Origin: Nitrososphaerota archaeon
GTDB lineage: Archaea > Thermoproteota > Nitrososphaeria > Nitrososphaerales > Nitrosopumilaceae
Direction: 5' to 3'
Length of the DNA stretch: 64,000 nucleotides
Assembly (NCBI GenBank): GCA_028867755.1
Contig: JAGWFT010000001.1
Coordinates: 324,727 to 388,726 of the forward strand
A program made the translations under genes and the position numbers. Of this stretch, positions 1 through 8,226 are shown piece after piece. Within the stretch, counting starts at the first letter, position 1, and each line of letters opens with the position of its first letter. The notes beneath the pieces are model-generated. The model was not told the DNA's origin, did not search any database, and worked only from the letters and a program-made list of their open reading frames with translations.

Positions 1-101
1 GAACCAAGAATGTTCTAATGAAGATAGGCACCAAGGAAAGACTATCCAAAATCCTGTAATTATAAATAATGGTCATTAATTTTAGGGAATAGAGAATTTA
101 T

Positions 102-1250
102 TTGGAATATCTAGTAATGTTGCCCGGACCAACAAATGTCCCGGAAAGAGTAACACGTGCGATGTTTACTCACATGATAAATCACAGGAGTAAGGATTTT
201 GTAAAATTATACGCTGATGTAGTTGAAAAGACCCAGAAAGTTTTTGATACAACAGGCGATGTTGTTGCACTGAGTGCTTCTGGTACCGGTGCAGTCGAGG
301 CTTCTGTTGTAAACATGATCAAAAAAGGCGATAAGGTAATCATTCCAGTTAACGGCGAGTTTAGTTCAAGGCTTGCAACCATGCTAGAATGGGCAGGTGC
401 AACTGTTGTACGCCTTACCACGCCATTTGGACAGAACGCAAGCTTTGATCAAGTAAAAGAGGCATTTGACAACAACAAGGATGTCAAGGCATTCTATGTG
501 GTATGGAACGAGACCTCAACTGGAACAATGGTAAAATATCTAGACAAAGTTTCAAGTCTTACTGCAAGAAATGACTCGTTCTTTGTAGTTGACGGTGTAT
601 CAATAGTTGGTGGCGAGGAACTACACATGGACAAGTGGGGAATAGATGTATGTGTTACAGGAGCACAAAAGGCTCTGGCAGCTCCACCAGGAATTTCACC
701 AATTGCAGTAAGTCCAAAGGCAAAAAAACACATGATTGCAAACCAACCACCTACATTCTACTTTAACATGGCACGATACTTCAAGTATTACGACGAAAAC
801 AAGGAGACTCCATTTACTCCTGCAATACCTCTGCTCTATGCATACAAAGAGGCACTAGACATGATCTTGGAGGAGGGAATGGACAAGAGAGTACATAGGC
901 ACAGAGTTTGCTCTGATGCATTTTACAGCGGCCTTAGTGCACTTGGTCTTACGCCATTTGCAAAAGAAGATGCACGATCTACAGTTGTCATTGCACTAAA
1001 CTATCTGCAAGGACTGGATGACAAAACTTTCAGAGGAACATTATCTGAAAAATTCCGAGTTCTAGTTGCAGGTGGATTTGGTGAATTGAAAGGAAAGGTG
1101 TTCAGAGTTGGTTGCATGGGAGAAGTCAGCAAGTATCATGTCATGAGAACTATTTCTGCAATTCACTCAACTCTTGATATGATGGGCTACAAGACAAATC
1201 CAGAAGCACTCAAAGTAGCTGAAGAGAAACTAAAAGCATTTGCTGTATAG
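102..1250 (+). CDS. Class V PLP aminotransferase (alanine-glyoxylate/serine-pyruvate family)
   Basis: N-terminal MLPGPTNVP, HRSxxF, SGTGAVEA, DGVS and the PLP lysine in TGAQKALAAPPG; TTG start. Confidence 0.9.
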   Translation: MEYLVMLPGPTNVPERVTRAMFTHMINHRSKDFVKLYADVVEKTQKVFDTTGDVVALSASGTGAVEASVVNMIKKGDKVIIPVNGEFSSRLATMLEWAGATVVRLTTPFGQNASFDQVKEAFDNNKDVKAFYVVWNETSTGTMVKYLDKVSSLTARNDSFFVVDGVSIVGGEELHMDKWGIDVCVTGAQKALAAPPGISPIAVSPKAKKHMIANQPPTFYFNMARYFKYYDENKETPFTPAIPLLYAYKEALDMILEEGMDKRVHRHRVCSDAFYSGLSALGLTPFAKEDARSTVVIALNYLQGLDDKTFRGTLSEKFRVLVAGGFGELKGKVFRVGCMGEVSKYHVMRTISAIHSTLDMMGYKTNPEALKVAEEKLKAFAV

Positions 1251-1419
1251 AACGAAAAATAAATTACCCAAACCACTCCTTACCACCATTAATTCGTAAT
1301 CTACAAAACGTTTTTTCATTTAGAATAAGGCAAAAATAAGATAAATTTTTTCTTGTCTGATATAAAATCAGTAAATTACATATTTTATAATCTGATATAT
1401 ATTCAAGAATATTGCATCC

Positions 1420-2013
1420 ATGTGGGTGCCACAAACAAAGCCAATAGTGGAGATTGTAAACGTAGTTGCTTCTGCATCAGTTGATCAAAAAATTGATCTC
1501 AATGAAATTACAAGAAAATTTCCAGAAGCTGAATATCATCCAGAACAATTTCCCGGTCTTGTCTTCCGATTGAAATCTCCAAAAACTGCCACTCTCATAT
1601 TTAGTTCAGGTAAGTTTGTCTGTACGGGTTCAAAATCAGAAAAAAGCGCGATTAATGCAATAAAAACTGTAGTAAAATTGCTTCGAGAAGCCAAAATAAA
1701 GATAAAAAACGATCCAACTATAACCATTCAAAATATTGTTGCATCAGTAGATCTTGGTGGCGGGGTCCATCTGCCTCTTGCTGCAAGAAGCCTCCCAAGA
1801 AGTATGTATGAGCCAGAACAATTTCCAGGTATCATACACAGGATGCTTGACCCCAAAACCGTAACTCTAATCTTTGTTTCTGGAAAACTTGTATGTGCTG
1901 GAGCGCGAAATGAAACAGATGTACACAGGTCAGTTCATTATCTGCATACATATCTTGAGGAAAAGAAGCTGATGAGATATCAGGATCAACCTGCTCAAAT
2001 TCTAAAAACCTAG
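1420..2013 (+). CDS. tbp: TATA-box binding protein (possibly a secondary paralog)
   Basis: Two TBP repeats: NVVASA...YHPEQFPGLVFR...LIFSSGK and NIVASV...YEPEQFPGIIHR...LIFVSGKLV; GTG at 1426 is an alternative start. Confidence 0.95.
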   Translation: MWVPQTKPIVEIVNVVASASVDQKIDLNEITRKFPEAEYHPEQFPGLVFRLKSPKTATLIFSSGKFVCTGSKSEKSAINAIKTVVKLLREAKIKIKNDPTITIQNIVASVDLGGGVHLPLAARSLPRSMYEPEQFPGIIHRMLDPKTVTLIFVSGKLVCAGARNETDVHRSVHYLHTYLEEKKLMRYQDQPAQILKT

Positions 2014-2043
2014 ATCAAGCAAGAAAAACATCTGCAAATATAT

Positions 2044-2223
2044 CTAAACCCTCTTTTGGTGCATAGTTGACAACTGGGAATCTCTGATAACTATACTGTG
2101 TCCATAAAATTCATGCAAGCCACAATACTGATTTGCAATTTTTGCAAGTGATTTTTCATTATAATATTTTTCATTGTATAGGCCAAATGACTTGTTGCAA
2201 TTGAGACAGAATATCTCCTTCAA
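2044..2223 (-). CDS. Small 59-aa Cys/His (putative Zn-binding) protein, not in ORF track
   Basis: Hand translation from TTG at 2223: MKEIFCLNCNKSFGLYNEKYYNEKSLAKIANQYCGLHEFYGHSIVIRDSQLSTMHQKRV; CxxC plus C..H....H; co-oriented downstream of 2274..2696. Confidence 0.65.
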   Translation of the reverse strand: MKEIFCLNCNKSFGLYNEKYYNEKSLAKIANQYCGLHEFYGHSIVIRDSQLSTMHQKRV

Positions 2224-2273
2224 ATCAGAATCAGCTCATTTCTTTTTTGTCATCAGGCCCAAAAGAAATCTTT

Positions 2274-2696
2274 CTATGAACTCTTTTCACAATTGGTTAC
2301 TCCAATTGCTCCATGAACTCCCATGATGTAATTTACAATAGGAATAGGTTTGATAAATTGAATTGTCTTTTTTGGAAAATTATCTACTGCGATATCAAAT
2401 TTAATATCTCTCAAGGTCTCAGGTACTCCAATTAAAACATCATTCTGTGTTAAAACCTTTGATGAGTTATTTGTTATGTTAGAATCTGATCTTCTTGATC
2501 TAATCTCGCTTACAAGATAAGCGCAATAAGCCAGTAAAGCCTCATGAACATTTAGTCTGAGATTTCTAGATAGCTTATTCTTTATCATTTCTATTACATT
2601 TAAAAAAATTGGTTCATCTTGATCTGAGAATTCAAAAAACTTGGTAAAAGGAGTAACGTCTGGCTCTCCTTTTACCAATACTTGGATACTGATCAA
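2274..2696 (-). CDS. Divergent urease gamma-subunit (UreA)-like protein with N-terminal extension
   Basis: RNLRLNVHEAL...KVLTQNDVLIGVPETL...KPIP aligns by eye with this window's UreA ([11 protein letters not shown]...[16 protein letters not shown]...HDPIV); overlaps the ureohydrolase stop codon by 4 nt. Confidence 0.7.
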   Translation of the reverse strand: MISIQVLVKGEPDVTPFTKFFEFSDQDEPIFLNVIEMIKNKLSRNLRLNVHEALLAYCAYLVSEIRSRRSDSNITNNSSKVLTQNDVLIGVPETLRDIKFDIAVDNFPKKTIQFIKPIPIVNYIMGVHGAIGVTNCEKSS

Positions 2697-3811
2697 TTTC
2701 TTTTTGGAATCTTTGCTTTTGGACCGTTGCCAAAGTCATAGGTGTGGTTTTTGCCACGATATTGCCTTGGTCTTACTGGGCTGCCATTTTGTACACCCTT
2801 CTTTGTAAGAGATAGTCCAGCCAATAGTTCTACTATTAGTCGGTTTGCAAGGCCAGAAGTGATTCCACCGTTATAGGAATTACCGTCACTTACGTCGTAG
2901 TTGGGAGCTACTTCCACTAGATCAAATGCAAACTTGTCGGGGTCAAATGAGGTGGAAAGTAATCTCATCAATCTCATTCCTTCCCTAGATGTCAAGCCGT
3001 TGGGTTCTGGTTCTCCAGTTCCTGGAGCATATGCGGGATCAAATGTGTCTATATCCCAGCTAATGTAAACTGCGTCGACATTATCATTTGCTCTGTCTGC
3101 AGCTTCTTTTGCAATTTGGTCTATACCAAGTTCTTCTACATCAAGCATGGTAAACCATTGAAAGTCTTGGTCTGCCATCCATTTGTAGAGATCTGGGCCT
3201 GGCCAGTATCCACGAGGTCCTATCAAGGTGTAATTCTTACCCTTCAAACAACCTAGTTCCATAATTCGTCGTATGTGTGCCCCGTGATCATACTTGAAAC
3301 CACATAGGCCTTGTGGGGCACAATCAGCGTGAGTATCAATGTGAATCATTCCGATATTCTTGTATTTCTTTGCAAAGGCTCTTACATTTGCAAAGGTAAT
3401 GGAATGATCACCGCCAAGCATGACTGGGATGCCGTCTATGTCTAAAACTTCTTTGACCTTATCAGTCATCCTTCTATGGGATTCGACCACATCGCCTGGC
3501 GAAATGTTAACGTCACCATAATCAATTGTTCTAAATACTCCAAAAGGATCAACTCCTGTTTCAATGTTAAAATGCTCGTATGGTGGAGATGGCACTGTAG
3601 AAGCTGCTCTTATAGCTCTGGGTCCATATCTTGCACCTGGTCTAATAGTCGTTCCAAAATCAAAGGGCTCTCCTATTATTGCTACATCTGGTCGTATCTT
3701 TTCTAACTCTGCCTTGCTTCTTAGCCAGGGCAATTTCAAGAACGTAGGAATACCTACAAAAATTGGTTCGTCATTGCCTCTGTATGAATCTCCATAAAAT
3801 TCCATTCCCAT
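2693..3811 (-). CDS. Ureohydrolase (agmatinase/guanidino-hydrolase family), substrate uncertain
   Basis: GEPFDFGTTIRPGARYGP, GGDHSIT, DTHAD and DIDTFDPAYAPGTGEPEP: complete binuclear metal ligand set of the arginase fold. Confidence 0.9.
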   Translation of the reverse strand: MGMEFYGDSYRGNDEPIFVGIPTFLKLPWLRSKAELEKIRPDVAIIGEPFDFGTTIRPGARYGPRAIRAASTVPSPPYEHFNIETGVDPFGVFRTIDYGDVNISPGDVVESHRRMTDKVKEVLDIDGIPVMLGGDHSITFANVRAFAKKYKNIGMIHIDTHADCAPQGLCGFKYDHGAHIRRIMELGCLKGKNYTLIGPRGYWPGPDLYKWMADQDFQWFTMLDVEELGIDQIAKEAADRANDNVDAVYISWDIDTFDPAYAPGTGEPEPNGLTSREGMRLMRLLSTSFDPDKFAFDLVEVAPNYDVSDGNSYNGGITSGLANRLIVELLAGLSLTKKGVQNGSPVRPRQYRGKNHTYDFGNGPKAKIPKRN

Positions 3812-3855
3812 GTTTATCGCATTAGTAATACGTTAGTACATACTTAAATTTGTCT

Positions 3856-3868
3856 AAGTAATCTACGT
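3856..3868. promoter_or_regulatory. ACGTA-N3-TACGT palindrome (1 mismatch), next to the putative TATA box of the ureohydrolase operon
   Basis: Sequence AAGTA-ATC-TACGT; putative minus-strand TATA TTTAAGTA at 3848-3841. Confidence 0.55.
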
Positions 3869-3877
3869 TTTTAATTT

Positions 3878-3894
3878 AGTTCTACCGTCGAACT
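3878..3894. promoter_or_regulatory. TTCGA-N3-TCGAA palindrome (1 mismatch) upstream of the ureohydrolase operon
   Basis: AGTTCTA-CCG-TCGAACT. Confidence 0.55.
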
Positions 3895-3929
3895 TTTTCC
3901 TGTTTGACTCTTGGATTACAACCATAGCT

Positions 3930-3942
3930 ACGTAATCTACGT
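3930..3942. promoter_or_regulatory. Perfect ACGTA-N3-TACGT palindrome
   Basis: ACGTA-ATC-TACGT in the divergent intergenic region 3812-4036. Confidence 0.6.
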
Positions 3943-4036
3943 GCAATAAACAAGAAACACCACAAGAATCATTTTAACATAATGAAAATTTATATCAAAA
4001 TAAAATTTTAAATATATTAGAATTAATAATAGTTGG

Positions 4037-4177
4037 ATGGCAACTGATTTAACTGAAGTTTATGCAATATTTGCAGCAATTCTTGCTGCCTCGGGATTCT
4101 TCTTGTTCTTGGGAACAATTGGAATAAAAGGAGACAAAAAAGAAGACCAATTGCACAAATCAGAAGAAAATACCTAA
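4037..4177 (+). CDS. 46-aa single-pass membrane protein, not in ORF track
   Basis: Hand translation MATDLTEVYAIFAAILAASGFFLFLGTIGIKGDKKEDQLHKSEENT; one hydrophobic helix and a charged tail; AT-rich TATA-like DNA upstream. Confidence 0.6.
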   Translation: MATDLTEVYAIFAAILAASGFFLFLGTIGIKGDKKEDQLHKSEENT

Positions 4178-4228
4178 AATTTTCTTATACATATACTATT
4201 TTAAACTACATCTGCAAATGATAATGAT

Positions 4229-4750
4229 ATGATATTTCACTGGTTCAAAAAAAATCAACCAGAACTTCCGCCTACTATAGAATACAAGAAAGCTTCTTCT
4301 AAAAAAGAAGCCTCTGAAGATCTAGTAAAAATGGGTGAAGATGCAGCAAACAAAGCCAATTACGAACACGCTTTGAGGTATTTTGAGAAAGCCATAGAGA
4401 TGAACTCAAAAAATGATTTTGCCTGGGGAGACCGTGGGCTCATGCTAGATAAGCTAGGCAAAAGAGATGAGGCAATTGAATCATTTTCCAAGGCATTAGC
4501 GATAGATTCATCCAATGCCATAACTTGGCATAACAAAGGATTGATGCTCATAAAATCAAATAAGCTTGAGGAGGCCATAGAATGTTTTGATAAATCCATT
4601 GAATTAAATGGAAAATATGCAAAAGCGTATTATAACAGAGGCCGTGCCCTGGCCCTCTTAGGAAATGAAAAGGAGGGTCAAAAGAGCTTTGATACTGCAA
4701 AAAGGCTAGATCCTCTGCTATATACCAAACTTAAGAAAATGAAATCGTAA
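4229..4750 (+). CDS. Tetratricopeptide-repeat protein
   Basis: Repeated AW/AY-x-(N/D/H)-(R/K)G...L...A...F.KA TPR units. Confidence 0.9.
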   Translation: MIFHWFKKNQPELPPTIEYKKASSKKEASEDLVKMGEDAANKANYEHALRYFEKAIEMNSKNDFAWGDRGLMLDKLGKRDEAIESFSKALAIDSSNAITWHNKGLMLIKSNKLEEAIECFDKSIELNGKYAKAYYNRGRALALLGNEKEGQKSFDTAKRLDPLLYTKLKKMKS

Positions 4751-4826
4751 ATTTTTTTGGCAATAATAAGCATGCTCTTCAAACATCAAGAAATTTTTAA
4801 ATAAAAACAAATCTAAAAACGCACAA

Positions 4827-5009
4827 TTGTTTGGAAAAAGCTATGGATGTGGTGCATGTGGTATGCGATTCAAATATCGTGATGAGTTGGTCAAGCATGC
4901 ACAAGACATCCATGACAAAAAGACCACATATTTGTGCATCACATGTGATGAATCTTATGAAAACGAGTCATCTTTTATGTTACACATGGCACGCGAACAT
5001 AGAGTTTGA
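4827..5009 (+). CDS. Small C2H2-type zinc-finger protein (2 fingers)
   Basis: CGACGMRF...LVKHAQDIH and CITCDESY...MLHMAREH. Confidence 0.85.
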   Translation: MFGKSYGCGACGMRFKYRDELVKHAQDIHDKKTTYLCITCDESYENESSFMLHMAREHRV

Positions 5010-5103
5010 GCATTTTTTTGTTTTTGAAAGATTGGATTATTTTTGATATCAACACAAAAAATGATTTCACATTAAAAAATTAACCCGTGTTAGAAGCTTC
5101 TCT

Positions 5104-5118
5104 GTTCGACTGTCGAAA
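5104..5118. promoter_or_regulatory. TTCGA-N3-TCGAA palindrome upstream of the SSS transporter
   Basis: GTTCGA-CTG-TCGAAA; putative TATA TTTAATAA at 5139. Confidence 0.6.
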
Positions 5119-5169
5119 TTTAGTGCAATTCCGACATATTTAATAATATATATTTACTAATCATGGGGG

Positions 5170-6759
5170 ATGGGAGACATTCCAATCGCGTATCCTATAG
5201 TGGTGCTCGCATTTGTAGCAGCAACTGCTGCTATTGGAGTTCTCGCAGTAAAATTCGTTAAAAGAAGTAGCAAGCGCTACATTGTGGCAGGCAAAAGCTT
5301 GCCACTATTTTTTATCGGTACAATGCTAGTGTCTGAAGCTGTTGATGGAAATGCTTCGCTTGGAAACGTTTCAGCTACTTTTGGAGGCGGATTCTGGGCA
5401 GGAGCGACCATACCGCTTGGTTTGGCTATTTGTCTTGTCTTAACTGGGGCCTTTTTTGGAAAAAGATTCAATAGAATGTCCATGATCACACTTGCAGATT
5501 TCTACTATAGGCGATATGGAAACACGACCGAAGTAATGTCAGGAACACTCATGGCAGTAAGTTTCATTGTTCTTGTTGCAGGAAACCTGGGTGCAAGTGG
5601 CTACATTTTGTCTGTGTTACTTGGAATACCTTTGATTTATGCAATGTTGATTTCCACTGCTGTAGTATTACTGTATACTTATTTTGGAGGTTTGTTCTCC
5701 TGTGCTTATACCGACATATTTCACATTTATCTTGCAATAATAGGATTTTGGGCCGGCTTTCTCTACTTTATCGGCCCATGGTCGCCAATTCCTGGAGGAC
5801 TAGAGACCATAGTTGCAAATGCACCTGGTAACTTCATGGACATGTCTGGTCTATACGATCTCGGTAATGGCGCGTTACCAAATTGGGCAACTCTAATATC
5901 GCTAGGGGTTGGGGACCTTGTCGCATTAGATTTCATGGAAAGAGTATTTGCAGCAGATGGTGGAAGGACTGCTCAAAAGAGTTGCTATTTTGGAGCAGGC
6001 TTGACGTTGTTATTCATAATCCCTACTACAATGGTAGGAATAATTGGAATGACTTTGGAGCCAAGCCTTACTGATTCCTACACACTCTTTCCAATTGTAG
6101 CAATAAAACATGCACCTATGGTTATAGGCATCTTGATGCTTGTAAGTACAATAAGTTGCGGCATGTCAACTGCAAACGGAGGTACATTAGCTATTGCTAG
6201 TGTACTATCAAGAAACTTTTTGCAACGCAATATCTTAAGGCTAATGAAGAAACAAAAATACAATGATAGGCAGTTGTTACTTGCCACAAGGCTTCTTGTA
6301 ATTCCTATGTTCTTTACCGCTTTTGCCCTAGGCGATCTGATTCCAAGACCTGGCTATTACCTCATACTTGCATTTGATATTGTGTTAGCAGGATGTCTAG
6401 TACCACTAGTTTTTGGAACGTATTGGAAGAAATCTACAGCTTCTGGTGCAGTAGCATGTATCGCAATAGGCACTGGACTGAGAATATTCCTATTCTTCCT
6501 CATCACAATCGCACCAGCTGGTAGCCCCTATCTAGCCTATTCGGGACTTGACACCATTATTCCACCATTGATATCGTTACCAATATTCATACTCGTAAGT
6601 CTGGCAACACAAAAGAAGACACCGCCACGACACGATGTAGTGTATCTCATTCCAAGCGACATGGATGTAGTTACTGGTAGTGATGTGAAAGACTGGGTCA
6701 ATCCAATAGACATGAGAATAGTTGACAGCAAGGGCGGCGCTAAGAGAGATCCGGTATAG
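5170..6759 (+). CDS. Sodium:solute symporter (SSS/SLC5) family transporter
   Basis: About 13 hydrophobic helices; YIVAGKSLP, TLADFYYRRYG, ERVFAA and STANG motifs. Confidence 0.85.
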   Translation: MGDIPIAYPIVVLAFVAATAAIGVLAVKFVKRSSKRYIVAGKSLPLFFIGTMLVSEAVDGNASLGNVSATFGGGFWAGATIPLGLAICLVLTGAFFGKRFNRMSMITLADFYYRRYGNTTEVMSGTLMAVSFIVLVAGNLGASGYILSVLLGIPLIYAMLISTAVVLLYTYFGGLFSCAYTDIFHIYLAIIGFWAGFLYFIGPWSPIPGGLETIVANAPGNFMDMSGLYDLGNGALPNWATLISLGVGDLVALDFMERVFAADGGRTAQKSCYFGAGLTLLFIIPTTMVGIIGMTLEPSLTDSYTLFPIVAIKHAPMVIGILMLVSTISCGMSTANGGTLAIASVLSRNFLQRNILRLMKKQKYNDRQLLLATRLLVIPMFFTAFALGDLIPRPGYYLILAFDIVLAGCLVPLVFGTYWKKSTASGAVACIAIGTGLRIFLFFLITIAPAGSPYLAYSGLDTIIPPLISLPIFILVSLATQKKTPPRHDVVYLIPSDMDVVTGSDVKDWVNPIDMRIVDSKGGAKRDPV

Positions 6760-6802
6760 GGTGTTTGGAAAAATGAAACAAAGGAGGCTAGTAAAGTAAA
6801 AC

Positions 6803-7270
6803 ATGTCAGAAAAAAACAATGTTAAAGTAAACAAAATACTTTTGGCAGTTGACAAATCAGGCTACAAAGACAAGGCAACAGGATATGCTATTACATTGGC
6901 AAAATCTTTGGGCGCTGAAGTTATAGCAATTCATGTAATTGGCAGTTCATCATTGGGTGCAACCAGAGATGTCTTGGGCTATTACAGAGGCGGCAAACTG
7001 AAGGGGTATCAAGATGCGTTAAAGAAAGATGCTGAAAAATTTCTTGATAAAGTAGTGGACGTAGGAGAAAAAGAAGGTGTGACGATAAAGTCAGATGTCA
7101 TAGTAGGATCTCCTGTCAAAAAGGCGATAATAGACTATGCCAAAAAACAAAAAGTAGATCTGATCGTGATTGGATCAAGAGGTATGACCGGCATGGAAAA
7201 ATTTGTTCTGGGAGGAGTAGCTCATGCTGTTGTATCATATGCACATTGCCCTGTACTGGCTGTAAGATAA
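6803..7270 (+). CDS. Universal stress protein (USP)
   Basis: KILLAVD, DLIVIGSRG...LGGVAHAVVSYAHCPVLAVR. Confidence 0.92.
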   Translation: MSEKNNVKVNKILLAVDKSGYKDKATGYAITLAKSLGAEVIAIHVIGSSSLGATRDVLGYYRGGKLKGYQDALKKDAEKFLDKVVDVGEKEGVTIKSDVIVGSPVKKAIIDYAKKQKVDLIVIGSRGMTGMEKFVLGGVAHAVVSYAHCPVLAVR

Positions 7271-7285
7271 CCTGTTGAATGATAA

Positions 7286-7302
7286 AGTTCGATTGTCGAA
7301 CT
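7286..7302. promoter_or_regulatory. Perfect AGTTCGA-TTG-TCGAACT palindrome between convergent genes
   Basis: 7-bp arms with a 3-nt spacer; overlaps the TAG stop of the ParB-like gene. Confidence 0.6.
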
Positions 7303-8050
7303 AATTGAGATGCTTTATCAGGAGATTTTTGACAAAGTCTGTAACTTCTAATCCATTCTGAGATGCTTTTACGTTTAATTGATCCCACATTTTTTTGTCG
7401 AATTTCTTCTTTGGGTTGAAAACAAGACGTACAGTCAAGAGGCCTTTGGGCGCTCCGCGTTTAACCCCAGTTTTTATCATTACTTCTTGGAGTTTTCCAT
7501 CAGATACTGCATTTACTAGCTTTTCTTGAATTGCTTTTGGTTTTCTTGCTATCTGTATTGCCTCATATAGCGTAATTTCCTCACTCTCTATTGCTTGCTG
7601 CAAAGGCTCTGCCAGTGTCAAGATACTCAGCCATTCGCTAACCGTACTCTTTGAGAGTCCATATCTCCTTGATACACCTGTAATACCTGATTCAGTAGAG
7701 TCAACTAACTTTCTTACCATTCTTGCTTTTTCAAGCGGGGGAAGATCCTTCCTTATCAGGTTCTCAAATAATGATGCAGCTTCTGCTTCTGCACCTTCAA
7801 GCTCGGTTACTACTGCAGGTATCTCCCTAGTTCCCTTTGCACTCAGTGAAAGAAATCGTCTACGACCAATCAGTAGTTTGTATCTCTTACTTGCACTATC
7901 AAATCTGACAACTACTGGTTGTAGCAGCTCAAATTTTGACAAATGATCTTTGATAAGTCTGTCTCTGGTATCTTCACCAAAGGGATGATCTTTTCTGACA
8001 TTTTCATCTGCAATATCTATGAGTTTAAGCGGTATGTTCTTGATCTTCAC
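7301..8050 (-). CDS. ParB/Spo0J-family protein (ParB CTPase domain + HTH + RHH-like C-terminus)
   Basis: LLQPVVV, LIGRRRF (GxRR-type Arg patch), ENLIRKDL (ENxxRxxL), HTH GITGVSRRYGLSKSTVSEWL, and a C-terminal strand-helix-helix; no parA in the window. Confidence 0.85.
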   Translation of the reverse strand: MKIKNIPLKLIDIADENVRKDHPFGEDTRDRLIKDHLSKFELLQPVVVRFDSASKRYKLLIGRRRFLSLSAKGTREIPAVVTELEGAEAEAASLFENLIRKDLPPLEKARMVRKLVDSTESGITGVSRRYGLSKSTVSEWLSILTLAEPLQQAIESEEITLYEAIQIARKPKAIQEKLVNAVSDGKLQEVMIKTGVKRGAPKGLLTVRLVFNPKKKFDKKMWDQLNVKASQNGLEVTDFVKNLLIKHLN

Positions 8051-8154
8051 AAATATTTCTTAATTAGTAAATGTATTTATGAATTTCTTTTCTTTTGTTC
8101 TAAATATTTTTTTGTTCAGGCACGATGCAATATTTACAACAAGTTTCAAGTAAA

Positions 8155-8167
8155 ATGTAGATTACGT
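8155..8167. promoter_or_regulatory. ACGTA-N3-TACGT palindrome (1 mismatch) in the parB-like/8227 divergent promoter
   Basis: ATGTA-GAT-TACGT; weaker copy CAGTA-GTT-TACAT at 8188-8200. Confidence 0.55.
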
Positions 8168-8226
8168 ATCATTTTTCGGCTGTGAATCAGTAGTTTACAT
8201 TTTTTACCCCAATCTTTAAATCATTT

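Noticed and set aside
2693-3811. Calling the ureohydrolase a GdmH-type guanidinase
   Set aside because: It has Glu rather than the Trp I recall in the GTGxPEP loop of GdmH, and no adjacent HypA/HypB-like genes. Substrate is left open.
3812-4036. Guanidine riboswitch upstream of the ureohydrolase
   Set aside because: No paired ACGR-tetraloop hairpins or ykkC-like structure are visible. The putative TATA is only ~30-37 nt from the ATG, leaving no room for a structured leader.
5170-6759. Calling the SSS protein the DUR3 urea transporter
   Set aside because: I could not recognise DUR3-type N-terminal signature residues; only the family-level call is supported.
7301-8050. Chromosome-partition parABS system or a plasmid/prophage
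   Set aside because: No parA, no bacterial parS consensus (TGTTTCACGTGAAACA), and no integrase, rep or phage genes in the window.
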